From Eledone cirrhosa (Eukaryota), in assembly GCA_964016885.1 (NCBI GenBank), contig OZ024743.1:151714001-151778000 (forward strand): 64,000 nucleotides of DNA, written 5' to 3'. The notes beneath the pieces are model-generated. The model did not search any database. It worked only from the letters and a program-made list of their open reading frames with translations, and was not told the DNA's origin. Both the position numbers and the translations under genes were made by a program. Positions 49,652 to 62,939 of the stretch are shown piece by piece (position 1 is the first letter of the stretch; every line of letters starts with the position of its first letter).

Positions 49652-51902
49652 AAATTTAAGAAAGCCCTTCAAGATGTGTATGACAAAAAAAAGACGATTT
49701 AGAGACGTATGACATAGATAATAACTGGAATTTCTTATGTGACAACTTACTGCAGGCTACTGATGAAACTTGTGGCTGGAGCAGAGCTCCAGCCAGACAG
49801 AGAGTGACCTGGTGGTGGAACAGCACAGTAGATAAGGCCATTAGAGTCAAAAGACTAGCATGGAAGGATTGAGAAAAGGGTGGGTGTAGGGAAGAATATA
49901 CAGCCGCTAAGAGAGAAGCTAGACATCAGGTGTACTTAGCATGCAGGGAGGCTGAGAGTAGGAGGTTTGCCAATGTTCTGCGACGGGAAGATCAGAGGCG
50001 TGCAGTGTTCCACATTGCAAGGCAGTGTGTCAATGGATGTTGTTGGAGATAAATGTGTCCGGGATGATGCCGGTGTACTTAGTGTCACGAATGATCAGAA
50101 AAAGGAGGCCTGGAAATGTCATTATGAGAGACTGATGAATGTGGAGAACGAATGGGAGAGAGAGAAATTACCCTCAGTAGATCCGACAGAGTGACCAGCT
50201 ATTGAAATTGACGAATATAGGGTCCAAGCGGTGATAAAGGAAATGAAAAATGGTAAGGCTGCTGGACCATCGGGAATAGTTGCTGAGATGCTGAAGGCAT
50301 TAGGGGACGTAGGCACTAAAATGGTTGCATGCATCATCAATCAGGCTATATATGGTGGTGTCATACCCAAAGACTGGTGCAGCAGTATTCTCATAAATTG
50401 CTACAAAGGTAAAGGGGATGCTCTGGAGAGGAGCAATTATAGGGGTATAAAACTGATGGATCAGGTTATGAAAGTGGCAGAAAGGATATTAGCACTACTA
50501 ATTAGAGAAAGGGTCAAACTAGATGAGATGCAGTTTGGTTTTGTGCCTGGGAAGAGTACAACAGATGCCCTCTTCTTGGTGAGACAATTGCAAGAGAGGT
50601 TCTTAGAGAAAAATAAGCCACTATACTTAGCCTTTGTTGACCTAGAGAAGGCTTTTGATAGGGTACCCCGATCTGTCATCTGGTGGTCCCTAAGGAAACT
50701 AGGTGTTGAGGAATGGCTTGTGAGGACAGTGCAAACTTTGTACAGAGGTACTCTCAGTAAAGTCAAGGTAGGAATGGAGTTTAGTGAGGAATTACAGATA
50801 CAAGTAGGAGTACATCAAGGTTCGGTCCTCAACCCGCTCTTGTTCATTATAGTCCTCCAAGCCATAACAGAGGAGTTTAAGACTGGCTGTCCATGGGAAC
50901 TTCTCTATGCTGACGATCTTGTTCTTATAGCAGAATCAGTAGAGGAGCTAGAGAATAAATTCTGGCTTTGGAAACAGCAGTTGGAAGCAAGAGGACTGAG
51001 AGTGAATCTAGCTAAGACAAAAGTGTTGATGAGTAGCAAAGAGGACAAAACTCTGATTCCGTCAGGGAAATGGCCATGTTCGATATGCAGAAAAGGAACT
51101 GGCATAAATTCTATAAAATGCACACAATGCAGATCCTGGGTACACAAGAGATGTAGCGGGATAGCAGGCAAACTAACAGGTAGGGAGAAATATGTATGCA
51201 GTAGATGTACAGGGAAATTAGACAGTAGATGTCGCATTGATAGACACATTTTTCAAATGCAGGTGGGTGCTATAGAAGTGGTGGATAGCTTCCGGTACCT
51301 AGGAGATCAGATTAGCATGGGAGGGGGGGTTTTCCGAGGCCATAGTATCTAGAATAAGGACAGGTTGGAAGATGTTTAGGGAGCTGCTTCCTCTGCTGAC
51401 GAAGAAGGGTTTCTCCCTGCATATGAAAGGCCGGTTATATGATGCCTGTGTGAGGAACGCGATGCTGCATAGTAGTGAGACATGGGCAGCAACTGCAGAG
51501 GATATGCGACAGCTGGAGAGAAATTAAGCAAGTATGCTCCATTGGATGTGCAGTGTCAATGTGCGTAAACGACCCAGCATGAATGTGTTGAGAGAGAAAC
51601 TGTGTCTGAGAGGGATAGAATGCAGTGTACGGGAGAGGAGACTGAGGTAGTATGGACATGTGATGCACACGGAGGATGACCGATGGGTGAAGAAGTGCCA
51701 GGAAATGCCAGTTGAAGGAAGACATGGTAGAGGTAGACCACGAAAAACATGGTCGGAGGTCGTGAGAACAGACCTCAGATCGCTGAAGCTCACGGTGGAG
51801 ATGACAAAGGACCATGACAAGTGGAGAGATGCTATGCTGAATAAGACCCGTCCCACCCTTGCAAGCAGGGAAAAGCGGACGTAAAATGATGATGATGATG
51901 AT
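49652..51902 (+). mobile_element. 5'-truncated RTE LINE, subfamily B, inactivated by frameshifts and stops
   Basis: TWWWN linker, then ORF 50231-51352 (GKAAGPSG, YKGKGD..NYRGIKL, QFGF, YADD, PHD finger, FRYLG). A frameshift falls in a G-run at about 51325 and the C-terminus reads GRPRKTW. Short tail ...GCGGACGTAAAAT(GAT)n, flanked by (TA)n/(CA)n. Confidence 0.93.
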
Positions 51903-51916
51903 ACATATACATACAC

Positions 51917-51966
<50 letters not shown>

Positions 51967-52403
51967 GTGTGTGTGTGTATTAATATATATATATATACAG
52001 GAAAAGAGTCAGGACCCCGACAGCTAGATCCAAACTAAGCCAGGCTTAGTATTGAGTACTCTGGTACGTTATGGTCTACCTGGTATCTTACCACACTTTC
52101 TTTGTTATATATATACATGCATACACACACATACATATGGGTGACTGAATACACATGGGCTTCTTCTCAAATTTGTTTTTCCACTCCTTCTTCTCTTCAC
52201 TTTATACCTCTTTATTTGATCTTTCATTTCTTATTCTCTCTTCTGTTGAAGGACAAACGTCCAAAACGTAAAAACTCATTTCCTACTATATGGAGCATTA
52301 AACTAATATATTTCTTCATTGCACTGTGTTGTATGCATTGTTACTTCCATATATATATTTAATATAGAAATGGCTTCTACAGGAAAAGAACTGTTTCATA
52401 CAT

Positions 52404-52691
52404 TGGTTAGAGCATTGGCCTTGCAATCGAAAGGTTGTGAGTTCAGTTCTCAGACCGGGTGGTGTGTTGTTTCCTTGAGCAAGACACTTTATTTCACATT
52501 GCTCCAGTTTACTCAGCTATAGAAATGAGATGATAGGGACTGGGGTCCCTATCATTCCACTGCCACGGCAAAAAAGCACCCAGCACTCACTGTAAATGAG
52601 GTTGGTGTTAGGAAGGGCATCCAGCTGTAGAAAAATCAAGCCAGAATCAGTTCCCGTCCCACCCTTGCAAGCAGGGAAAAGCAGACGTAAA

Positions 52692-52725
<34 letters not shown>
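52404..52725 (+). mobile_element. Slightly 5'-truncated tRNA SINE with the RTE-B tail
   Basis: Near-identical to 32690-33020. Confidence 0.85.
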
Positions 52726-52739
52726 CATATATATGTATG

Positions 52740-52771
<32 letters not shown>

Positions 52772-52808
52772 TATATATAGGTAGATATGTACATATATAT
52801 ATGTCTAT

Positions 52809-52865
<57 letters not shown>

Positions 52866-53286
52866 AATATCTATATATATATATATATATGCACACACAT
52901 ACATACACTCATATATGTGTGTGCACGTGTGTGTGTTTAAACACACGCAATGATATACATATATATCTGACTCAGCCTGAAGCAGTCAATTCTTTTATTT
53001 ACTGCTTTGCCACTCAGTCATACCAGTTCATGTTTTGATCACCACCCACTCTTCCACTTATTCCCTTGGTCACAAGCATTGAAATGCACAAAACATATGC
53101 ACATATATGCATACATATGTATACATATATACAAATATATTCACATATATGTAGACATATATACATAAAGTTGCACTTAATTATACCCACACATATACAT
53201 ATATACATACATACATGTATTTTATTTAGAAATGACTTCTACAGGGCTAGAACTGTTTCATTCATATTATATCATCAGGAATGGGT

Positions 53287-53475
53287 GGCGGTGGGTTGGC
53301 AGTATCGGTAGAGGGTCGGACGCCATGCTTTCCAGCATAGTTACGTCCCTTTTCGATCTGAGTTCAAATCCCGCTGAGGTTGACTTTGCCTTTCATCCTT
53401 GCGGGGTCGATAAAATAAAGTACCAGTAATGTACTGGGTAATTGCTGGCCTTGTGCCAAAGGTAGAAACAATTAT
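53287..53475 (+). mobile_element. Deu/Nin-like tRNA SINE
   Basis: Near-identical to 4524-4716. Confidence 0.82.
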
Positions 53476-53514
53476 ATCATCAGGAATGCCTGGACATTTG
53501 TTTTCATTGATAAT

Positions 53515-53569
<55 letters not shown>

Positions 53570-54611
53570 ATACATACACACACACACACACACACATATA
53601 AATGCATACATAATCAAGAAATCTGAGGACTGTCAGAGTTAAATGCCAGCTTATTGTGATTAAGGAATTATACAATATGCAAATATGTTTAGTGTGTTGC
53701 TAGACCGAAGGTTACTCGAGTAAATGTCAGCGGATTCTAACTACTAAATTTTATACAGAAAAAGATAAGATATTTTTACATAACACCATGTCGAACGAGA
53801 GTTAATTCTCATTACAAAGGTAATGATAAAATGCAGGCAGTTTCTTGGAACGAGTATCAAATATAAGTCTTCATTTTATTGTAGCTCCATGTTACAATTG
53901 TGGTTAGTAAATATTCTTCTACATATTGGTATAATCCAGATCCATGATCGGTGCTTAGAGAGAAGTTAACATGCTTGTCTTCAGTGTTGTCAATTCAAAG
54001 GAAGGCGCCAAAAGAGAGTCTTCTTCACATTTGTGAACCAATAAATGAGTATATCAACAACATCATCATCATCCTTTAATGCTCAGTTTCACTGTTAGCA
54101 AGGGTTGGACAGGTCTTCACAGACCGAGTTTGTATTGAAGCAAGGCTACTGACCTGCCAAGATAGATATCTTGCTTACATATGGTTCTGCATTCTACTTA
54201 GTGCATTTTATTGATATCAGCATTAAAGTTATCCTGTTTTTGATACAACTAGATGGCTCTCCCAACCTTTTGTTTGACAATCCTTCTATGGCAGGATGCC
54301 CTTACTAACACCAACCACTTTGTAGTGTATAGTGAGTGTTGTATCATGTTAATCATCAACACTAGGGAGATTGTCATTATTTTGACACAGCTGAAGCTCC
54401 CCCCCCCCCCTCCAAACCACTTGTTGCCATTCCTATCACCTCCCACTTCAGAGGTTGTACTTTTTGTTTATATCGTGTAGATCACCAAAATTAGGGAGGT
54501 TGTCATGCCCTTGATATAACTAGAGGGTTTTCCCAACCCTTTGTTTGGAAAGTTTTCTTATCACCAAATACTTTACAGCATGTACTGGGTACGTTTATAT
54601 ATATATATTTA

Positions 54612-54905
54612 AGGCCTCCATCAGTCACTAATAACCATGGTTTTGCACCTAGAAAGTTTCCTTCCGAGGCACAAGCCTGGGCAAGGTTTGTTTATGAAAG
54701 ACCAGCAGCTGTGGTCTTATCTCTCCATGCCACCGATGTTGTCCAAGGGAAAGTCAATGGCCGATACAGCTTGGCACTAGTGATGTTGCAGCTGTTGAAA
54801 TAAAGTGTCTTGGTCAAGGACACAATGCATTGCCTGGTCCGAGAATCAAACTCACAACCTCTCAATTGGAAGCCCAATGCTCTAACTACTAAGCCATGTG
54901 CCTTC
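54612..54905 (-). mobile_element. tRNA SINE with the shared head and another tail type
   Basis: Head GGCACATGGCTTAGTAGTTAGAGC...GAGTTTGATTCTC, core CCTTGACCAAGACACTTTATTTCA, then the unrelated tail GCTGCAACATCACTAGTGCCAAGCTGTATCGGCC...GGAGGCC. Confidence 0.7.
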
Positions 54906-54914
54906 ACTACATAT

Positions 54915-54972
<58 letters not shown>

Positions 54973-55649
54973 CTGTCTGTGTGTGTATAAACATATATAT
55001 ATATATTATACATATTGAGATCAGGTCTTCCTTGGTTTACTTCTATTGCAGCTTCCTTCCAAAGGGATCTCTTGGCATGGCTTCAGATGTGAAAGTTCCA
55101 AATTACAGCAATTTTTGCTTCACTCTCTTGCTTAGAGTTGATATAAGTATAAATATATATTGGTTGTAGGAAGAGCAAGTAATTGTAAAACCCATACCAA
55201 AAATACCATGAAATATATATTAATAATTTAGTTTTACTCAGTTGGAGTATGTGTCAAATGACAGAGGGCCACAAGTCACAAGACAGAGATCAGTTCATCC
55301 CCATGCCAGCAAAGAAAAACAAACATAAAATCATAATCAAGATAACAATAAAAATGAAGCTGATGATGAAAACACATAATAATCCTCAGTTGCATTTCTT
55401 TGCTTTTCTTCTATAATATACATTTTGTAGTAGAAAGACACAGATGTCAAAACATTCAACATACTCCTCTGAAATATAAAATCTCCAAGGATGGAGCAAA
55501 GTTTAGTTGATGATGCTTTTAAAATAATGTGGATTAAGTATTTGTTAGAAAATAATTTTCATGAACAGGATTGACATGCACACCGGGTTGGAAGTGGTAT
55601 CACAACTGGCAAGAGTAGAATTTGTTGCTGGAATTTGCAAACAACATGG

Positions 55650-56445
55650 CATTACTTAACTAGAAAAAAGGTGATGTCTGACTTGAGCTTGATAGATTTG
55701 ACATTGAGTGCTGCATGGCTGGAATGAAAATCAGTGCTGTGAAAACTGAGACACTCATCCACTCAAAGAAACATGAGCAGTGCACTCTACTTGTGAATGG
55801 TTCCACTGAAGCAGGTGGAGAAGTTCAAGTATCTTGGGGCTGTGCTCACGGCTGATGGAAGGCATGATTCTGAATTAAGTGCAAGAATTGTGGAAGCTGG
55901 AGCAGTAATGTGCCAACTTCAGCATTTGGTCATCAGTAGAAGGGAGGTAGGTGTAAAAGTCAAACACGCTATCCTCAATTCAGTATTCGTGCCAACCCTT
56001 ACCATTGTCATGAATCTTGGGAAATGACCAAAAGAATACAATCACGAATACAAGCAGCCAAAATTGGGTTCCTCTGAAGGGCCTTTGGAGTAATATTACT
56101 TGATAGAGTGCATAGCTTGAAGATCAGAAAGTCACTCCAGATAAAGCCACTACTTCTCTGACTTGAGAGATCACAACTCCAATACTATGAGCATGTGGTT
56201 AGAATATTTCAGGAAAGAACCGCTGGACAGATTTTACAGGCAAAGCCAACCAGCAAGAGACCCAGAGGCAGACCCCGAATAAGATGGTTGGATAGCATTC
56301 ATGTGCTCAGCTGGTCTTGCTTTGGGATCCAGCCAGATCAGTTGGAGACGGTTGCTTCTGACAGGACCCGCTGGAAGCAGTGTTTGCGAACTCTGCCCCC
56401 ACGACCCTCTCAGAATTAAGTGGGTGGTGAAGAAGAAGAAGGAGG
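55650..56445 (+). pseudogene. Decayed Rex3/Expander-like RTE 3' fragment
   Basis: GMKISAVKTE, PLKQVEKFKYLG, SVFVPTLT, RPRGRPRIRWLD, ASDRTRWK and a (GAA)n tail. Confidence 0.8.
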
Positions 56446-57806
56446 AGGAGGAATAGTAAAGAAATCTAATGAAAGGTTATAAAATAAATGAAACTTTAGT
56501 TTTCTAATACAAGGTTTCCTGAGAAGACCCCTTGTTCAACTACTGTGAAACCACTTCATACGTAAATTAAATGTTTATATTGAAATATGGTTAACCTATT
56601 CAAATAAAATATTGTAATTAGATTAGTTTCAGGCAAAAATCCCTTCATAATTTTATTTTAACTTTTTATCGTGGTATTTAAAGTGTTAGTTCAAGAAGCA
56701 AAATGAACCAACGATGTAACATGGATGCAACTGCTGAACATGCTAGAAATAGCAACCAAATTTCTGTAAATTATACTCTACATGTCTTAGATAAGAAAAA
56801 GATATATTGGAAAATGTAATTCCACATTAAACTAACCGGAAGGTAATGTTATGGCTTGAATGCTTTTAATCATAGGTCTGTTTAATCAGGATTGCCTTAG
56901 AACCAAAGAACAATAATGAGTAACAAAATCAAAATTATCATATTAAACCTCTTCAGAGTCTTGTTTGCCATGAAAATTTAGTTGAACTCACAGGCATTTG
57001 ACTTAAGTTTAGAAATATGGTCCTAAAAGTGTTAATGTTATGTGTAGGATCGACATGATTCTTTGAATGTAACAAAAATAAACAATCTCAACATGACAGC
57101 TTGTTGTACAAACTACAATGTAGTATCTTTCTCAACCAGTCTCATAGATAAAAGAAATCACCTCTGGTCAACTGGCTGTCTCTTCTAATTGACTTAAATG
57201 TCAAATACTGAGTGAGATAGAGATCATTGTTTTATATACATAAATACCTAACACTGTTTTTCAATGAAGGAGCTTGTAACAAGTCATCTAATCTGGTAAG
57301 AATAGCAGCTACATTCCCTCAAAAATGAATTGGTCACTGTGCAGTACATTATCTTCTGAGGGAAAATTGGTAGATCGAAACTGCACAGAAGCCCATTAGA
57401 GAAAACATTCCCATTTATGTTCTTGTGTGATATACTTAATCCCTCAACCAAATTAACACCACCACCCGGACCCTGGGTGACTTTTGCAGAGTCCACTTTG
57501 TTGCAAGCATTCAAACCTTGCCTCTGATCTGAGGTCATTTTCCTCCCTTTAAATCACGAATCTGAGGTCTAGTAAAGAATCAGGGGGGCAGCCCTTTCAA
57601 GTCGATAAAACACAAATTTTCCTACCTTCCAGCATCAATTCTTGCACATTTTACATGCCAAATCTGTTGTCCATTTATTTCTAGATGAGATATTTTATAT
57701 ATTTATTTCTCTTGCAAATGAACCAAATATAAATAATAATATTATTATTCACTCATGAATGCATTTAGATATCTACCATGTTAGAGCAAAACAAATTTTG
57801 TTTATA

Positions 57807-57844
<38 letters not shown>

Positions 57845-58052
57845 CAGCACTCACTGTAAATGAGGTTGGTGTTAGGAAGGGCATCCAGCTGTAGAAATCA
57901 AGCCAGAATAAGTTCCTGTATGAGCAAGGCATGGTCAGCCGACCAGACACTGCCCACAACAGGACAACCCGTCTAACCCATGCTAGCGTGGAAGAACGGA
58001 CATAAAACGGTGATGATGATGATGATGATATATATATATATATGTATATGTG

Positions 58053-58095
<43 letters not shown>

Positions 58096-58102
58096 GTATA
58101 TG

Positions 58103-58140
<38 letters not shown>

Positions 58141-58145
<5 letters not shown>

Positions 58146-58703
58146 TCTAGAATAAGGACGGGTTGGAAGAAGTTTAGGGAGCTGCTTCCACTGCTGATGA
58201 AGAACGGTTTCTCTCTGCGTACGAAAGGCCGGTTATATGATGCCTGTGTGAGGAGCGCGATGCTGCATGGTAGTGAGACATGGGCAGCAACTGTAGAGGA
58301 TATGCAACGGCTGGAGAGAAATGAGGCAAGCATGCTCCGTTGGATGTGCAATGTCAATGTGCGTGACTGACCCGGCATGGATGTGTTGAGAGAGAAACTG
58401 TGTCTGAGAGGGATAGAATGTAGTGTGCGAGAGAGGAGACTGCGATGGTATGGACATGTCATGCGCATGGAGGATGACCGATGAGTGAAGAAGTGCCAGG
58501 AAATGCCAGTTGAAGGAAGACGTGGTAGAGGTAGACCATGAAAAACATGGGCGGAGGTGGTGAGAGCAGACCTCAGATCACTGAAGCTCACGGTGGAGAT
58601 GACGAAGGACCGTGACAAGTGGAGAGATGCTGTACTGAATAAGACCTGTCCCACCCTTGCAAGCAGGGAAAAGCGGACGTAAAATAATGATGATGATGAT
58701 GAT
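58141..58703 (+). mobile_element. RTE subfamily B 3' fragment inserted in (TA)n
   Basis: Highly similar to 51345-51900, with the same tail. Confidence 0.9.
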
Positions 58704-58704
58704 A

Positions 58705-58767
<63 letters not shown>

Positions 58768-58769
<2 letters not shown>

Positions 58770-60218
58770 CTGGCTCTTAGAAAACTAGGAGTAGATGAAT
58801 GGGAGCACTCAGCAAAGTCAGGATTAGCAATGAGTATAGCGAGGAATTTAGTGTACAGGTTGGTGTCCACCAGGGCTGTTCTTAGCCCTCTCACGTTCAT
58901 CATAGTCCTGCAGGCAATAACGGAGGAGTTTAAGACTGGATACTTATGGGAACTCCTGTATGCAGATGACCTCGCACTTATAGCTGAATCTGTGGTAGAA
59001 CTAGAGAAGAAATTCCAAACTTGGAAGCAGGGACTAGAAAGAAAGGGTCTCAAAGTCAACCTGACAAAGACTAAGATCCTTGTAAGTAGACGAGAAAACA
59101 GAACCCAGATCCCCTCAGGGAAATGGCCTTGCTCAGTATGTAGGAAAGGTGTAGGTAGGAACTCCATTCTCTGCCCTAAATGCAAACAATGGGTACACAA
59201 GAGATGTAGCGGGATCTCAGGAAGCTTAATTAAGAATGTAGGCTTCACATGTAGCAGCTGTGCTGGGACAGCAAGCAGCAAACAGCCACAGGAAACAATC
59301 TCTGAGAGGGCTCTGTAGAAACAGTAGACAGCTTCTGCTACTTAGGTGACCGAATTAGCAGTTGAGGTGGGTGTTCAGAAAGTACAATAACTAGGGTAAG
59401 AATGGGTTGGAAGAAGTTCAGGGATCTACTGCCACCGCTAGCTGCAAAAGGCTTTTCCATCAAAATGAAAAGCAGACTGTATGATGCATGTATACGAACA
59501 GCAATGTTACATGGTACTGAGACCTGGGCGCTGTTTGTGGAAGACTTGTGTAGATTAGAAAGAAACGAAGCCTGCATGCTCCGATTGATGTGTAATAGTA
59601 ATATACGCGAATGGCAAAGCATTAACGAATTGAGAGAGAGACTGAGCATAAGAGGAATAATCAAATGCTGTGTGCAGGAGAGGCGGTTGTGTTGGTATGG
59701 ACATGTGATGCGTATGAAGGATGACAGCTGCATAAAAATCTGCAGACCACTAGAAGTTGATGGAAGCTGCGAAGTGGGGAGATCTAAGAAGACCTAGGAT
59801 GAGGTGATAAAGCCGACCTTACCCAATTACACCTCTCAAAGGTGATGACACACGACCGTGACCTCTGGCGTCACGCAGTAATACAGAAGACCCAACCCCC
59901 CATGGGTACAAGCCGAAGCTGAAGCATATAGACAATATGCCCCCACACCCTCCCACTGCAAAGTGGTCGTGGAGGTGCCACAGCAAAAAAAGCACCCAGC
60001 CCACACAGTAAAGTGGATGTGTAAGCGCCACGGAAAAAAAGCACCCAGCACTCACTGTAAATGAGGTTGGTGTTAGGAGGGGCATCCAGCTGTAGAAATC
60101 AAGCCAAAATCAGTTCCTGTATGAGCAAGGTATGGTCAGCCGGCTTGCTACTGCCCACAACAGGACAACCCATCTAACCCATGGTAGCGTGGAAGAACGG
60201 ATGTAAAATGGTGATGAT
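58768..60218 (+). mobile_element. RTE subfamily A 5'-truncated decayed copy with a structured 3' UTR
   Basis: YADD, PHD finger, HGTETW and WYGHVMRM. The 3' UTR has two pseudoknot modules and a (GAT)n tail. Flanked by (TA)n. Confidence 0.9.
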
Positions 60219-60252
60219 GTATGTATATATATATACAGTATATGTATGTATT

Positions 60253-60301
<49 letters not shown>

Positions 60302-60305
<4 letters not shown>

Positions 60306-62419
60306 TTACGACTCAGTGAAGAACTATTCGACCAGTAAAATGAGGATGAATCATTAGCCAGAAATAGAAGCAACTAACACCCCATCAAAAGGTAGAAATA
60401 AAATCCTGGACGAATTCTGTGAACACATCACAAACTTCCCTTACCAACACTTGCACAGACAAAAACACAAGCCAAACCTCAACAAGAAAGAATGGGAAGA
60501 ATTAAATTGATTAAAAACCGACAGGACCATTACAATTAAAGAGGCTGATAAAGGGAGTACAGTAGTCCTAATGGAGACAGAATTCTATATCAACTTAGCG
60601 CTCTCCACTTTGGAAAACGAAACATACTACGAAAAGGCTGAACACTACAATGAACAGAAAATTATGAGAAACCTAAAAATTCTGATCAACCAATACAAAG
60701 AAGGACTCACTAACAAGGAATTCAGCTTCATCACAGACTTCACAAGTAAATCCAGCCTTTTCTACGGTATCCCTAAAGTACATAAAAGCGAATTAATAAG
60801 TAAGGCATGCAAGGAAGCCACAGACAGTCATCAATGTCCCCTCACCCAATGATCTCAAATTAAGACCTATAATAGCAGGCCCCGCTTGCGAAACCCACCG
60901 CCTTAGCAACTTCATTGATACCCTTCTCAAGCCTTTTCTCAAACACATCAATAGCTATATAAGGGACGACCTAGATATGCTCAAACACCTCCCTAATATG
61001 CCCGTTTCTGAACAAACCCTACTAGTGACGTTCGATGTAGTCAACCTATACTCCAACATCACCCCACAACCTAGGAATAGAAATATCCAATTCTGGCTGG
61101 ATAATTACCGCAATGAACTCCCACAACGCATCAAAAAAGAATTCGTGATAGAGGGACTCAAATTTATCTTGGAGAACAATTACTTCGTTTTCAATAACAA
61201 ATCCTACAGGCAGAAATCTGGGACCGCTATGGGAACGAAAACAGCCCCCACTTATGCCAACCTAGTCATGGGATACCTGGAAATCACCCTCTACACTAAA
61301 GTACTAAACAAATTTGGAAACACTCTCCACTTACACATAGAAAAAAACTGGAAGCGATATCTAGATGATTGCTTCATCCTTTGGCACGAAAACATCGAGA
61401 AACTTAAAGAATTTCACACCCTTATAAATGGGCTCAACACGAATATTAACTTTACGATGGAATACCGCCATCAACAACTCCCCTTCCTCGACATCCTCAT
61501 TAAGATTCATAACAAAAAAATAGAAACAGACATATACTACAAGCCCACAGACTCCAAGCAATATCTTCCTTTCAACTCTTGCCACCCTAGACACGTTAAA
61601 ATTAATATTCCCTACAACTTAGCCAAGAGAATCTGTACTATAGTCTCCAATAAAAACACCTGTTACTTACGGCTACAAGAACTAAAGGACACACTCATAG
61701 GTAGGGACTACCCTGCATCACTAATTGACAATGGAATCCAACGTGCCCTAAAACACAGTACCCAGGACCTTAGACACCCTAAAGTAAATCAACTGAAACT
61801 AAAAGCTCTTCCATACATCTCCATACACAACCCCTTCAACAATGAGGCCTTTGACACCATCCTCCAGAACATCCCTGTGTTAAAAAAGGACCATAGAATG
61901 AACCAAATCCTTCGAACACACGATATCATAAAGAGCAAAAGACAATCTAAGTAAATTAAAAACATCCTAACACATGCCAAAGTACTGCCAACCACAACAA
62001 CGAAACCCACAGTAAAAAAATGCGATAGACCCAACTGTGGCATATGCATTAACCTAATAGAGGGTTCGGAATTCTATTTCAAAGAAAGACAACGTTTTAT
62101 AGTAAAACACAATTTCACATGCGCATCAGAAAATCTGATATATGTATTAACTTGCTCAGGTTGTCGAGAACAATACATAGGCCAGACCAAAAACAGCCTC
62201 CGCCAACGCATGACTGTCCATAGATCCCAAATTAAAATATGGGAATACAGGAAAATACCACTGAGTGGACACATTGATACCTGTGCCGCCAAAAATCATC
62301 CCAACTTTAGAATCTTTCCCCTCTACAAATTTAAAGATAATGCCACCCACACCCAGCGCATCAGCAAGGAATCTCACTTTATTAACAAATACGGACCCCG
62401 TCTAAACACTTCTCCCTAA
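60302..62419 (+). mobile_element. Penelope-like retroelement (RT and C-terminal GIY-YIG), 5'-truncated and disrupted
   Basis: IKEADKGSTVV, FYGIPKVHK, RPIIAG, FDVVNLYSNI, GTAMGTKTAPTYANL, RYLDD, LPFLDI, YYKPTD, CDRPNCGIC and NLIYVLTCSGCREQYIGQT..LRQR..H. It has a frameshift at about 60830 and an in-frame TAA at 61952. The non-coding 3' part may extend to about 63430. Confidence 0.93.
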
Positions 62420-62904
62420 GACGAACCCACAACATACACACGTCAACATACATACCTACATCAGCATACATCCTACATACATCTCTATCCACATATAAAT
62501 ACAATGACATACGTAAACACACATGTTCTATGGTGCAACACAAATATACACAAATTTGCATACCTTTTGATGTCTATAGATATAAACGTGCCGACACACA
62601 CTCATACATATACGCACACATGCATTGCACACTGATGGGCACATACATATTTGTACACAAGTATTCCAATACGGCAGGGCCTAATGGATTCCCGTTGCAG
62701 TACGTACAATATGGACACTCACACACACCTTGGTGTTATGACAGTACTATATATCATTTCACACCGCTTATTATTAATGTTTTTAATGTTCTCTTGAGAG
62801 AATCGTTTTTGCTGAAAATATCGAATAATGTACACCGTTTTTACCAGTATCACAAAAGTACTGGTGTCCCCCCCTCCCACACACACATACACTAACATAC
62901 AACG

Positions 62905-62939
<35 letters not shown>

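Noticed and set aside
49410-49712. Many ORFs rich in [12 protein letters not shown] or MMMM (also near 7100, 8900, 13000, 17800, 25200, 38000, 52700 and 57900)
   Set aside because: These are translations of (TA)n, (CA)n, (GA)n and (GAT)n microsatellites, which lack stop codons in some frames.
57284-57538. 84-aa minus-strand ORF in GC-richer sequence (…GPGGGVNLVEG…)
   Set aside because: There are no convincing splice sites or recognisable domain. It is probably an old TE fragment, and a homology search is needed.
57983-59281. 432-aa minus-strand ORF
   Set aside because: It is the antisense of two RTE fragments joined by (TA)n tracts, with no independent coding signal. The same applies to the antisense ORFs over 5347-6162 and 50122-51950.
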